Notes: generated by a model from the sequence alone, not told the origin. A stretch of DNA of 64,000 bases from Candidatus Yanofskybacteria bacterium RIFCSPLOWO2_02_FULL_44_18 (GCA_001794755.1 MGKT01000006.1:115045-179044), one strand, 5' to 3'. Positions 27,228-36,713 are shown, counted from the first letter of the stretch. Made by a program: numbers and translations.

Positions 27228-28991
27228 ATGCGCAAAGACGACAATCAGCTTGATGATTTTTTTGGATTGAAACCGGAATTGCCGGAGAAGCGGCCAAAAG
27301 AGTCGCGATTCAAAAAAATCAAATCTAAAATTAAACTGATACCTAAGGTACTTTCAAAGAAAGAAAGGTATGTTATTTTTTTATTGCTAATACTGATGGC
27401 CGGAGCCGTTATTTCAATTCCTTTCACGACTTACAACAGATTTACGACCGCCCAAGCCGAATACGGCGGATCATTTACAGAAGGCGTAATAGGAGAACCG
27501 AGGCACATAAATCCCCTGCTTTCCCAAACAAACGACGCAGACCGGGATTTGGTGTCTTTGATATATTCCGGACTTTTAAAGTACAACGAGAACGGAAAAC
27601 TGATTCCGGCTCTGGCGAAATCATATGAAATTTCAAGTGACGGCCTCAATTACACCGTCTACTTAAAGCCAAACGCAGTTTGGCACGACGGCAGGGCCGT
27701 CACTGCCGGCGATATAATATTCACGGTAAACGCGGCCCAGAATCCAGACTATGGAAGTTTGCAGAGAATCAATTGGCAAGGAGTGGAAGTCGAAAAAATC
27801 AATGACACCGCCGTGATGTTTAAATTGAAAAATAAATACGCCCAGTTTCTGAACAACCTGACGCTGCCCATCATCCCTGAACACATTTGGTCCGATGTGA
27901 AACCTATAAATTTCGCGTTATCCGACTTAAATCTAAAACCGATCGGATCCGGACCGTATCAGTTTAAAAAATTAAAAAAAGATAGCTCGGGCCGCGTCGT
28001 ATCATATGAGCTTGAGTCGAATAAGAAATTTTACGACGGCAGGCCTTATGTCGACAAAATGACGATTCAATTTTACGGAACTGAAGACGAACTAATCGAC
28101 GCGTATAATAAAAATGAGGTTGCAAATCTCGGCTACATCAGCCCGCAGAATTTAAAAAAGATTAAATTCAAGCAGCGGTTGCACATTGAAGAACTGAAAC
28201 TACCCCGATATTTCGCCGTATTTTTCAATACTTCCCAATCAAGATTGCTGGCCGACAAAAATATCAGACTGGCCCTGAATTACGGCACGGACAAGGGAGC
28301 TCTAGTTAAAACGATTCTGGATGATAAGGGCAACGCCGTTAATTCTCCGCTGGTTGGAGAAGTTACCGGTATGAGCGATATTCAAAAGTACTCGTATGAT
28401 CCAGACATGGCAAAAAAAATACTGGCCGCGACCGGCTGGGGAAATCCCGATGAAAACGGAATCCTGTCTAAAAACAAGGACTCCCTTAAATTAACACTAG
28501 TTACCTCAACTTGGCCGGAATTATCCCAAGTCGCTAATATTTTGAAGGATCAATGGAAAAAAATAGGAGTGGACTTGGATGTAAAAGTTTACCCGACTAC
28601 TTCGCTTCAGGACGCCATTAAGAACAGGGATTACCAGATGCTGCTGTTCGGCGAAATATTAACAATCGACCCCGATCCATTCAGCCTCTGGCACTCGTCT
28701 CAAAAAAGAGAGCCCGGATTAAATTTAGCGTTATACGACAACAAGACGGCGGATAATATATTGGAAGACGCCCGGCAGACTTTGAATCCTCTGGAGCGCA
28801 TGAAAAAATATGACGATTTTCAAAAAATACTGGTTGAGGATGCGCCTGCAGTATTTCTTTATAATCCATATTACATTTACGCTCACAGCAAAAACATCCG
28901 CGGATTTGAAAGCAAAATTATTTCCATGCCCTCCGACCGATTCGTCAACGTGGAAAAATGGTATATTAACACCAAAAGGACATTCAACTGA
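27228..28991 (+). CDS. ABC transporter substrate-binding protein, family 5 (peptide/nickel type)
   Basis: INPL, IYSGL, LAKSYEIS.DG..YT, WHDG, PIGSGPY, LWHSSQ. Confidence 0.9.
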   Translation: MRKDDNQLDDFFGLKPELPEKRPKESRFKKIKSKIKLIPKVLSKKERYVIFLLLILMAGAVISIPFTTYNRFTTAQAEYGGSFTEGVIGEPRHINPLLSQTNDADRDLVSLIYSGLLKYNENGKLIPALAKSYEISSDGLNYTVYLKPNAVWHDGRAVTAGDIIFTVNAAQNPDYGSLQRINWQGVEVEKINDTAVMFKLKNKYAQFLNNLTLPIIPEHIWSDVKPINFALSDLNLKPIGSGPYQFKKLKKDSSGRVVSYELESNKKFYDGRPYVDKMTIQFYGTEDELIDAYNKNEVANLGYISPQNLKKIKFKQRLHIEELKLPRYFAVFFNTSQSRLLADKNIRLALNYGTDKGALVKTILDDKGNAVNSPLVGEVTGMSDIQKYSYDPDMAKKILAATGWGNPDENGILSKNKDSLKLTLVTSTWPELSQVANILKDQWKKIGVDLDVKVYPTTSLQDAIKNRDYQMLLFGEILTIDPDPFSLWHSSQKREPGLNLALYDNKTADNILEDARQTLNPLERMKKYDDFQKILVEDAPAVFLYNPYYIYAHSKNIRGFESKIISMPSDRFVNVEKWYINTKRTFN

Positions 28992-29917
28992 TGCGAGACG
29001 CGATTCTTAAATTCCCTTCCCAAATCGAAATTGGTTTTGATATTGGGAATAAAAATAAGTTTGAAGGCGCGTATCGGAATATCTATATTTGCGCCATGGG
29101 CGGATCGGCCATACCCGGCGAAATACTGGCCATTATCCGGCCGGATTTAAACATATATTTAAACTCCGACTACCGCTTGCCCTCGACGGCAACGACGAAT
29201 GACTTGGTAATATGCGTTTCCTGGTCCGGCAATACGGAAGAAACCATTGCCGCGTACGATGACGCTGTGGAAAGGGCCTGTCCAGTCATTGTTATTTCGA
29301 AAGGCGGAATATTGCGCGAAAAAGCTGTCCGACAATCAATATCCGTTGCGGCTATGCCGGATGAAAATGTTCCCGCCCGCTTCGCTGTCGGATATATGTT
29401 TGGAGCTTTAGCCGGGATTCTGGGAATTTCTGATTTTAACGTCAGAAATATAAACGCCGAGGCGTTGGAAATCAAAGGCCGCGACATTGCTTCGGAAATT
29501 GATGCCAAGATTCCGGTGATATACGGCTCATACAAATGGCGGTATTTGGCTAAATTTTGGAAAACATTGATAAATGAAAACGCCAAGATACCGGCATTTT
29601 GGAATTATTTCCCAGTCTTGGGCCACAATGAAATATGCCAGTTCGCCGACAGACATATGCGTTTAACGCCCATTTTATTAAGAAATTTGGACGATTCACC
29701 GGAAGCTTTAAAAGACATAAAAGCCACTATTGCAATATTGGATAATATGGAGTATAATTATACTATCATTGATATCTCTACCGGCATGTCAGTGCTGGAA
29801 CAGGTTCTCAATAACTACATTTTGGCTCTTTGGACTAGTTTTTATCTGGCAAAAAATTTGGGCGTCGATCCAATAGACACTCTTTTAGTAGAGAAATTTA
29901 AAAGCTATAAAAATTAA
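28991..29917 (+). CDS. Bifunctional phosphoglucose/phosphomannose isomerase (SIS)
   Basis: MGGSAI, SWSGNTEET, NENAK, HNE, GVDP. Confidence 0.88.
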   Translation: MRDAILKFPSQIEIGFDIGNKNKFEGAYRNIYICAMGGSAIPGEILAIIRPDLNIYLNSDYRLPSTATTNDLVICVSWSGNTEETIAAYDDAVERACPVIVISKGGILREKAVRQSISVAAMPDENVPARFAVGYMFGALAGILGISDFNVRNINAEALEIKGRDIASEIDAKIPVIYGSYKWRYLAKFWKTLINENAKIPAFWNYFPVLGHNEICQFADRHMRLTPILLRNLDDSPEALKDIKATIAILDNMEYNYTIIDISTGMSVLEQVLNNYILALWTSFYLAKNLGVDPIDTLLVEKFKSYKN

Positions 29918-29924
29918 ACCTGAT

Positions 29925-30008
29925 GCCGTGGTGGCGAAATTGGCAGACGCGCTACGTTCAGGTCGTAGTGAGAGCAATCTCATGGGAGTTCAAATCTCCC
30001 CCACGGCA
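29925..30008 (+). tRNA. tRNA-Leu(CAG)
   Basis: Cloverleaf GCCGTGG/CCACGGC; anticodon arm CTACG-TTCAGGT-CGTAG; long variable arm; GTTCAAAT. Confidence 0.95.
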
Positions 30009-30071
30009 CAAATTTGACGGAGCGGGTAAATTATCTGTGACCCCAAAAAACACTAATCAAATATATTATAT

Positions 30072-31934
30072 ATGGAAGATAAAAAAGAATTTGTGGTGAC
30101 TCCTGTCGTCTCCACCCAAAAAAATGACACTCAAGGCGAAGAGCGGAAGTTTAGCATTCGATCGCCGAGAAAACCAAGGTATCGGGACCGTCGGCCGCAG
30201 CAGCCGGTGGTACGCCGCGTTCGGGTTCTTCGTCGCGATGAAAAAGACTACCGAGAAACAGAAAAAGACAGCGGTCTCAAAATAGTCCACTTCGGTGGAT
30301 TGGGAGAGGTCGGCCGGAATATGTCGGCCGTGCAATATGACGACGAGATAATTCTCATTGATGCCGGTGTTCGTTTTCCGGGTGAAGACATGCCGGGAAT
30401 AGACGCCATTATTCCCAATGCCAGCTACTTGGATGACAAGAAAGATATGATTAAGGCCATGTTCTTTACCCACGGCCACATGGACCATATCGGAGCCTTG
30501 CCTTTTATACGAGACAAGATCGGCGATCCTGACATATACGCCGCCGCCCTGACTCGGGCCATCCTCATAAAGCGGATGGAAGATTTTAAAACCCAAAGAC
30601 CCCTGGACATAATTGAGATAAAGGCCGGGGAGGAAATTAAGATTAGCGACAAATTAACTGTCAAAGTTCTTAGAATCAACCATTCTATTCCCGATGATTT
30701 GGAGATTGTAATCAAAACTCCGGTTGGAAACGTCGTCCATACGTCCGACTATAAATTTGACGACACGCCAGTCAATGATTTGCCGGCTGATATCGAGGGC
30801 ATGCAGAAAATAAGCGAAGAGGGTGTTCTGTTGCTGATGTCCGACTCAACGGGCGCGGAAAAAGAAGGCCACTCCATGTCCGAAGCGGAAGTTACAGCCA
30901 GCTTGGAAAAGTTATTCGCGGAAGCAACAGGCATGATTATTTTAGGCACGTTCGCGTCACTGATTAATCGTATCCAACAGGTTATTACCATTGCGGAGAA
31001 ATTTGGCCGTAAAATTGTTTTTGACGGCTATTCAATGAAATCAAACGTGGAAATATGCAAAAAATTGGGATATTTAAAAATCAAGAAAGGCACGCAGATT
31101 AGCATGGAAGAAATCGACGATTATCCTCACGACAAGGTTGTGGCCGTAGTCACCGGCGCCCAAGGTGAAGGCAATGCTGTTCTTATGCGTATTGCTTCCG
31201 GAGACCATCGCCACATAAAAGCCAGAACAAACGATACATACATATTCTCTTCTTCCGTTATTCCCGGAAATGAAAGAAACGTGCAATTCTTGAAAGATCA
31301 GCTTTATCGCAACGGCGCCAAAGTTTTCAATTATTACATGCTTGACGTCCATACCGGCGGACATGGAAACAAAGAAGATTTAAGAAGAATGATTCGATTG
31401 CTCAAACCTAAATTTTTAATGCCCATCCACGGCCAATACTCAATGATGGTCAACCATGGCTTTTTGGGAAATGAGGAGGGCATCCCGAAAGAAAACGTGA
31501 TTATCGCCGATAACGGCTCGATTGTTCACGTTGAAAAAGACAAATGGTGGTTCGATAAAAAGATGGCCCCATCGGAATATGTTTTTGTTGACGGTCTCGG
31601 CATCGGTGACGTGGGCAATGTCGTTCTTAGAGACAGACAAATATTGGCCGCCGACGGCTTCATCACTCTCGTCGTCCTAATCGACGCTCAAACCGGAAAA
31701 GTCAAAGGCAGTCCCGATATCATTTCCCGAGGATTCATATATCTTAAAGAAAACAGGGAAATGCTTATGCACGTCAGAAAAAAGATTCGATACATCGTGG
31801 AAAATCACGCTCCGATTGGCGGCCAGCCGAATCTGGCGTTTATAAAGGAAAATATCCGAAACCAAATCGGCCAATTCTTGTTCCAGAAAACAGAGCGCCG
31901 GCCAATGGTTCTCCCTGTAGTAATCGAGATCTAA
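30072..31934 (+). CDS. rnj: Ribonuclease J
   Basis: GGLGEVGRNM, THGHMDHIG, HSIPD, GAQGE, HTGGH, PIHG, RRPMVLPVVIE; Arg-rich N-terminal extension. Confidence 0.96.
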   Translation: MEDKKEFVVTPVVSTQKNDTQGEERKFSIRSPRKPRYRDRRPQQPVVRRVRVLRRDEKDYRETEKDSGLKIVHFGGLGEVGRNMSAVQYDDEIILIDAGVRFPGEDMPGIDAIIPNASYLDDKKDMIKAMFFTHGHMDHIGALPFIRDKIGDPDIYAAALTRAILIKRMEDFKTQRPLDIIEIKAGEEIKISDKLTVKVLRINHSIPDDLEIVIKTPVGNVVHTSDYKFDDTPVNDLPADIEGMQKISEEGVLLLMSDSTGAEKEGHSMSEAEVTASLEKLFAEATGMIILGTFASLINRIQQVITIAEKFGRKIVFDGYSMKSNVEICKKLGYLKIKKGTQISMEEIDDYPHDKVVAVVTGAQGEGNAVLMRIASGDHRHIKARTNDTYIFSSSVIPGNERNVQFLKDQLYRNGAKVFNYYMLDVHTGGHGNKEDLRRMIRLLKPKFLMPIHGQYSMMVNHGFLGNEEGIPKENVIIADNGSIVHVEKDKWWFDKKMAPSEYVFVDGLGIGDVGNVVLRDRQILAADGFITLVVLIDAQTGKVKGSPDIISRGFIYLKENREMLMHVRKKIRYIVENHAPIGGQPNLAFIKENIRNQIGQFLFQKTERRPMVLPVVIEI

Positions 31935-32006
31935 TCTTCAACTCGCACAAAGACGCACTTGTGTATTTGTATTGGCTATTTTATATTTTTTCGATATTCT
32001 AAATAT

Positions 32007-32978
32007 ATGTCTAAAATCTTCTCCGGCATTCGTCCTAGCGGCAAGCTGCATTTGGGAAATTATCTGGGGGCAATCAAGAATTGGATTTCCCTTCAGGATG
32101 AAGCCGATCAGGCCATATTCGCCGTCGTCGACTACCATGGCATAACGACGCCGTTTGATCCGAAAACTTTCCACCAGCAGGTAATGGATGTCATTTTAGA
32201 TTATCTGGCTGCTGGATTAAATCCCGACAAGTCTCTTCTTATACGCCAATCGCATGTTCCTCAACATACGGAATTGGCCTGGATTTTTAATACCATAACC
32301 CCGGTCAGCTGGCTTGACCGCCTGCCGACATACCGTGAACAGCTTGAGAAAACAAAGGCCAACAATATGGGACTTCTTGACTATCCTGTTTTAATGGCCG
32401 CCGATATTTTGGTATATAAATCGGATTTGGTGCCCGTCGGAGAGGATCAACTGCCCCACATAGATTTGACCAATGAAATCGGGGCCAGGTTCAATTCTTC
32501 GTTTGGAGAAACATTTCCGAATGTAAAAGCCAAATTAACGGAAGGGGCAAGGATAATGTCTCTTAAAGATCCTCTGGCGAAAATGTCAAAAACCGGTGAT
32601 GAAGGCATTGCATTATCCGACTCACCCGATGAAATTGAAAGAAAAATATCCGTGGCCACGACTGATTCAGGAAAAGAAATACACTATGACGAGAAAGAAA
32701 AACCGGGCATTTCAAATTTAATGACGATATATCACCTGCTGTCCGACAAATCCTTAACTGATATCGAAAGCGGCTATGCCGGTAAAACATATGTCGAATT
32801 CAAAAAAGACTTATCGGATATAATCGTGTCTTTCTTGCAACCGTTCCAATCCCGCCGTAAAGAATTCGAGAACAACTTGGATCAAGTGGTATCAATACTG
32901 GAAAAATCAGAACAAAAATGCCGCGCCTTGGCGGACGAAACTCTTTCTGATGTCAAGTCCAAAATGGGATTGATTTGA
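32007..32978 (+). CDS. trpS: Tryptophan--tRNA ligase
   Basis: SGIRPSGKLHLGNYLG, YPVLMAADI, VPVGEDQ, KMSKT. Start at MSKIF. Confidence 0.97.
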   Translation: MSKIFSGIRPSGKLHLGNYLGAIKNWISLQDEADQAIFAVVDYHGITTPFDPKTFHQQVMDVILDYLAAGLNPDKSLLIRQSHVPQHTELAWIFNTITPVSWLDRLPTYREQLEKTKANNMGLLDYPVLMAADILVYKSDLVPVGEDQLPHIDLTNEIGARFNSSFGETFPNVKAKLTEGARIMSLKDPLAKMSKTGDEGIALSDSPDEIERKISVATTDSGKEIHYDEKEKPGISNLMTIYHLLSDKSLTDIESGYAGKTYVEFKKDLSDIIVSFLQPFQSRRKEFENNLDQVVSILEKSEQKCRALADETLSDVKSKMGLI

Positions 32979-33044
32979 CTTATTTCACATTGAAATTCTC
33001 ATCCTTTGCTGATATAATTTCAAGGTTTAGTTCTTGAAAATTAT

Positions 33045-33310
33045 TCCGCGGTAGCTCAATGGTAGAGCGGCGCCCTGTGAAAGAATCGCAGCTTTCAGAC
33101 GAAAGTCTGACTGAAACTTTTCGGGATATCGGTGAAGCCTTGACTGGTAATACCGAGGGAACCCCGACAATAAATGTCGGGGGCACCGTAGAGACTAGAT
33201 ACCGAAGATCCGTACGATTAAATTCACGGATAAGATATAGTCCACGCCGTAACGAAAGTTATGGATTATGTGTAAGGCGATGGTTCCAGGTTCGAGTCCT
33301 GGCCGCGGAG
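33045..33310 (+). tRNA. tRNA-Asn(GTT) split by a group I intron (exons 33045-33078 and 33273-33310)
   Basis: Joined exons give TCCGCGG/CCGCGGA-G73, a D arm, anticodon arm GCGCC-CTGT|TAA-GGCGA and T arm CCAGG-TTCGAGT-CCTGG. Confidence 0.92.
33079..33272 (+). ncRNA. Group I self-splicing intron, 194 nt, no ORF
   Basis: P1 CTGT/GCAG with a U.G pair at the splice site; P2 TCAGAC-GAAA-GTCTGA; core elements AGAGACTAG and AAGATATAGTCC; P9 CGTAAC-GAAA-GTTATG; terminal G. Confidence 0.92.
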
Positions 33311-33316
33311 CAGACA

Positions 33317-33347
33317 TTTACAAAATACCACTCGAGTGGTATTTTGT
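33317..33347 (+). promoter_or_regulatory. 28-bp perfect palindrome coinciding with a promoter-like element
   Basis: ACAAAATACCACTCGAGTGGTATTTTGT; TTTACA-17-TATTTT. Confidence 0.5.
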
Positions 33348-33372
33348 TTCTTATCGAGAGAAGGAGTTATCA

Positions 33373-33684
33373 ATGTCCGAATGTAAAATTATCAATTCGG
33401 TCTTTCTTGGGCACCAGCTCGAGACAACAGGTATTGAAATAAGTGTAGGCGTAGGCCGTGTAATAGGAAGCGCCACAAAAGTGATCCGCATTGGTCTTCC
33501 CATGATTTCGATTCTGACAGCCGAAAGCACTCCCCAAATTGCCAAGATTGATCCTGGCGCCGAGGACGCATTTCTGGCAGCAGCCGACACTTTACTGAAA
33601 GGCGGCACGGAGTTTTACACTGTACTTCGTCCAGACTGGGCACTGGCGGCATTAAGCTGGAAAGCCGTGCCAACATATGCTTAG
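33373..33684 (+). CDS. Hypothetical protein
   Basis: SD AAGGAG before the ATG; downstream terminator TGACCG-AGAA-CGGTCA-T-run. Confidence 0.6.
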   Translation: MSECKIINSVFLGHQLETTGIEISVGVGRVIGSATKVIRIGLPMISILTAESTPQIAKIDPGAEDAFLAAADTLLKGGTEFYTVLRPDWALAALSWKAVPTYA

Positions 33685-33825
33685 CCACACTAGCCACCAA
33701 GAATTGGAGAAGTCTCCTCGCTGACCGAGAACGGTCATTTTTTATTTGTCTAATTTTAGGTTTTAACGTCGCCCATCAGGGGTGTTTTATTTGAAGTTAA
33801 AACCTGAAGGTGGTTAAATTGGGGC

Positions 33826-34338
33826 ATGGAAAATAAGATTTTTATTTACGGTGTCCCTGGGGCTGGAAAAACTACCTACAGTATTCGCTTAAAAAATGAG
33901 CTGGGTTATCCGGTTGTAGAGGCTGATTATCTTCGCGAAATTGCTCAAAAAGAAAAATCAGAAGCGGAGGACCCCTTTTTATACATTGGCACAAAAGAAG
34001 CGTGGAAAAAGTTTGGTGAACTCAATGAGGAAAATATAATTAAAGGTCTTAAAGCAGTTCGTACGAGTATGATGCCATATGTAAATCAAGAGATACTTAA
34101 ATACCCTAATGAACTAATAATGGAAGGGGCTTTTTTAGAACCTCAACAATTAATTGGAAAAGGCAAGCTTCTCTTGGTGGTAACTACAGACGAAGAACAA
34201 CATCGAAAACAATATTTTATTCATCGAGAACATTCTTCTCTTCACGAGGAGACATTTACAGCTGTTCGTATAATCCAAAAGTATTTAATTGATGAGACTT
34301 CTCAGTACTCAGTAGAGATTATCGAGAATAAGTTCTAA
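33826..34338 (+). CDS. P-loop kinase-like protein (2-phosphoglycerate kinase/AAA_33-like)
   Basis: IFIYGVPGAGKTT, EADYLRE, IMEG. Confidence 0.75.
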   Translation: MENKIFIYGVPGAGKTTYSIRLKNELGYPVVEADYLREIAQKEKSEAEDPFLYIGTKEAWKKFGELNEENIIKGLKAVRTSMMPYVNQEILKYPNELIMEGAFLEPQQLIGKGKLLLVVTTDEEQHRKQYFIHREHSSLHEETFTAVRIIQKYLIDETSQYSVEIIENKF

Positions 34339-34467
34339 CATCAGAGAACCAGATGAGCAACGATAAAATACTAGATTTTATCTAGTATTTTATTTTACCC
34401 CAGTGTGGACGTCCGAACTTTTTTGTAATATCTTTATTTCTAGTTCTAATATATACGGAGGTTTAAT

Positions 34468-34752
34468 ATGCGCTGGCGGTTAACTTACGTCATGAGATCA
34501 CATGGTATGACGGAAGATGAGCCACTTTGGACCGATGAGACACATATCTGGAACATGGAAAATATAGAAACAGATGCCGACGCCTCAGAAAAAGCAAAAA
34601 CTTTTTTAGAAAATCTTAGGCGTAAGAATGGCTCAATTGAGCGATATGACTTAGTTCGTATTGTTCAAGAAGAAGTTGTCGTCTCCGTTAAAATACCACC
34701 CCTGAAATCCTATTCAGAGTTAAGGTGTCCAAAGAATGTTGGAGCAACATAA
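34468..34752 (+). CDS. Hypothetical protein
   Basis: SD GGAGG; terminator-like hairpin after the stop. Confidence 0.55.
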   Translation: MRWRLTYVMRSHGMTEDEPLWTDETHIWNMENIETDADASEKAKTFLENLRRKNGSIERYDLVRIVQEEVVVSVKIPPLKSYSELRCPKNVGAT

Positions 34753-34865
34753 AGCGGTGCGATAATATCAATCCGCTTTTTATTTTTTATCTAATTTTAG
34801 ATTCTAACATTTCAGATTCAGTGGAGCAGATTAACAGAGGGTGTTTTAAGTGATATACTATAATC

Positions 34866-35066
34866 ATGCAAAAAATAACTACAAAAGTTTTCGTTTGGGC
34901 GTCAATTGCTTTTGGTATTGTGGGGCTGTTAATGGTTATAACCACTTCTCCCGAAAGTGACGGTCCCAATGTGTATTTGTTGAAACTTTTATTTACGGCC
35001 GTTATCGTCATCTTGGTCTCCTTCGCCTTGACCGTGGCCGGTAGGTACTTCAACAATAAGTCTTAG
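34866..35066 (+). CDS. Small two-TM membrane protein
   Basis: Two hydrophobic helices; TGaTATACT lies 6 nt before the ATG. Confidence 0.7.
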   Translation: MQKITTKVFVWASIAFGIVGLLMVITTSPESDGPNVYLLKLLFTAVIVILVSFALTVAGRYFNNKS

Positions 35067-35180
35067 TCTTTAGTGAAAGGTGTTAGATTCATTAAGGAAC
35101 CGACGAATGTGGGGCCTTCTACTATTGCTATATTTGACGATACTTGCGGCAACCTGATACAAATTGCCCAGCTTAACTGA
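35067..35180 (+). pseudogene. C-terminal remnant of a VOC/glyoxalase protein
   Basis: KGVRFIKEPTNVGPSTIAIFDDTCGNLIQIAQLN*, with no N-terminal half. Confidence 0.75.
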
Positions 35181-35218
35181 ATCGTGTATAATAACTGGGA
35201 TTAAATTAATCTAAAAAC

Positions 35219-35335
35219 ATGGCAAAAAGAAATTCAGGGTTGGGAGCAAGCCGTAAGCGCAAGACTCACTCGCCTAAGACAAAGAAACGTCTTGCCGCAA
35301 AGAGAGAAATGCTGGCGGCAAGAAAGCGCAGATAG
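35219..35335 (+). CDS. 38-aa Lys/Arg-rich small protein
   Basis: MAKRNSGLGASRKRKTHSPKTKKRLAAKREMLAARKRR; TATAAT upstream; below the ORF-track cutoff. Confidence 0.7.
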   Translation: MAKRNSGLGASRKRKTHSPKTKKRLAAKREMLAARKRR

Positions 35336-35371
35336 CGTAAAACAGTTTAGGAAGAATTATAATTTTAAGGC

Positions 35372-35845
35372 ATGGATATCTGGACAACCTTAACGTCTAA
35401 GCCCGTCCTCATTGGTCTGCATCTTGGATTTGCCATTTTGGGGATTGATGCTTTCCTTTGGCTTTTGGGCGAAGTTGTGGCAAACGCGGGTTCCATGTTT
35501 AGACGGACTCTGGCCGCCGTGTTGGGCTTGGCGGGATTTGTCGGTGCTTGGCTGATTGGCGGTTATTATTATGTCAAATATTACGGGCCGATTGTAAAAC
35601 CAATCATCAAAGCCGGCTCCGCTCCGTGGGCTCATGCCATTGCCATGGAAGCTAAGGAGCACATTTTTCTATTCTTAATTCCCATGGCCGTCACCGCCTT
35701 AATTCTTTCACGCTTGTCGCCGGATGAATTGGATACGTTTAAGTTAAAAAACAGTTATATCGCCTTACTAATAATTATCTCGGGATTGGCATTAAGTTTA
35801 GGGCTTATGGGTTATATTATTTCCGCAGCGGCGAGGTGGGCATAA
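35372..35845 (+). CDS. Four-TM membrane protein with conserved-looking His/Glu
   Basis: GLHLG, GGYYYV, PWAHAIAMEAKEH. Confidence 0.75.
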   Translation: MDIWTTLTSKPVLIGLHLGFAILGIDAFLWLLGEVVANAGSMFRRTLAAVLGLAGFVGAWLIGGYYYVKYYGPIVKPIIKAGSAPWAHAIAMEAKEHIFLFLIPMAVTALILSRLSPDELDTFKLKNSYIALLIIISGLALSLGLMGYIISAAARWA

Positions 35846-35851
35846 AATCTA

Positions 35852-36160
35852 ATGGCTAAAACAGAAACAATCTATACCTCGGCGATGTCGGCAGCGATTA
35901 CGATTATTGTTGTCGCTTTAATTACGATTCTGGCCGACACAAATCTCGCCTTTAAAACATGGCTGGCCTCATGGACCGGCCATCATTGGGTGACAAAAAG
36001 TTTTATAACCGCCATTTTATACCCCCTATTCTTTGTCTTGCTTAGAACGAGAAAACCGCGCGTAAATGACGCAGGAACAGCGACGCTGACTCTAAATCTC
36101 GTCGCCATTGCTGGATTTGTTTTAATACTCGCTTTTTACTTTTTCGAATATCTCAAATAA
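35852..36160 (+). CDS. Three-TM membrane protein
   Basis: TGHHWVTK motif; operonic with the previous gene. Confidence 0.7.
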   Translation: MAKTETIYTSAMSAAITIIVVALITILADTNLAFKTWLASWTGHHWVTKSFITAILYPLFFVLLRTRKPRVNDAGTATLTLNLVAIAGFVLILAFYFFEYLK

Positions 36161-36289
36161 TTACTTTTTTGAGATTTGCTGCCAGAGCCAGATGCCGACG
36201 AGAACCAGATCCACCAGAACCACGGCCCATGTTATGAAGCCGAGAGATCCGATCCCGCCCATCATGCCCCAGTTTTGATATCCCATCAT
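36161..36289 (-). CDS. 42-aa Met/Gly-rich single-TM protein
   Basis: MMGYQNWGMMGGIGSLGFITWAVVLVDLVLVGIWLWQQISKK; fills the gap exactly. Confidence 0.7.
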   Translation of the reverse strand: MMGYQNWGMMGGIGSLGFITWAVVLVDLVLVGIWLWQQISKK

Positions 36290-36335
36290 TATTCATGTAT
36301 AGCAAAAAAATGTATTTTATGCTACAATACAAGAA

Positions 36336-36713
36336 ATGAAGCTCCTGGCCGTATTAATCATAGGAATATTCGTAATCGCCGGATTTAATCTGGCAACTAT
36401 GGATCACCATAATGCCTGCCCTTTTGATTCCACGATTGCGTCAGATTGCGCTCTGGTCAGAAGCTCTTTTGATTCTGCGACTTCTCACCTATCAGCTTTT
36501 TCTCAGTTGTCTCTGGCCACGATTTTAGTTACATTTTCTCTTTTGCTTTTGCCTATTTTTTTGTTCTTTCTGCGTACATATTCCCATCCCGGGTTATCAT
36601 TATCTTTCCTTAGAGAAAGATCAAGGAATAACAAGACGCCTCTTGAACAAAGATTGAGGTTTTGGTTTTCTTTGCACGAAAATAGCCCAACTGTCTCTTT
36701 AGGGCGCGCATAG
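36336..36713 (+). CDS. His/Cys-containing exported/membrane protein heading the metal locus (DUF2946-like layout)
   Basis: Signal/TM, MDHHNACPF..DC..SH, second TM, C-terminal FWFSLHENSP. Confidence 0.7.
   Translation: MKLLAVLIIGIFVIAGFNLATMDHHNACPFDSTIASDCALVRSSFDSATSHLSAFSQLSLATILVTFSLLLLPIFLFFLRTYSHPGLSLSFLRERSRNNKTPLEQRLRFWFSLHENSPTVSLGRA

Noticed and set aside
33045-33310. Alternative splice (33077-33270) giving tRNA-Thr(TGT)
   Set aside because: It also fits the U|..G| rule, but P1 pairing puts the U.G wobble at 33078, and U1-A72 with G73 are Asn rather than Thr identity elements.
33059-33442. 127-aa ORF across the intron as a homing endonuclease
   Set aside because: No LAGLIDADG, HNH or GIY-YIG motif; it is a shadow of the tRNA and intron.
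33749-34850. Integron attC cassette array
   Set aside because: TAAC/GTTA-like ends occur, but the one closed repeat is only 48 bp, the others have no partner end, and there is no integrase.
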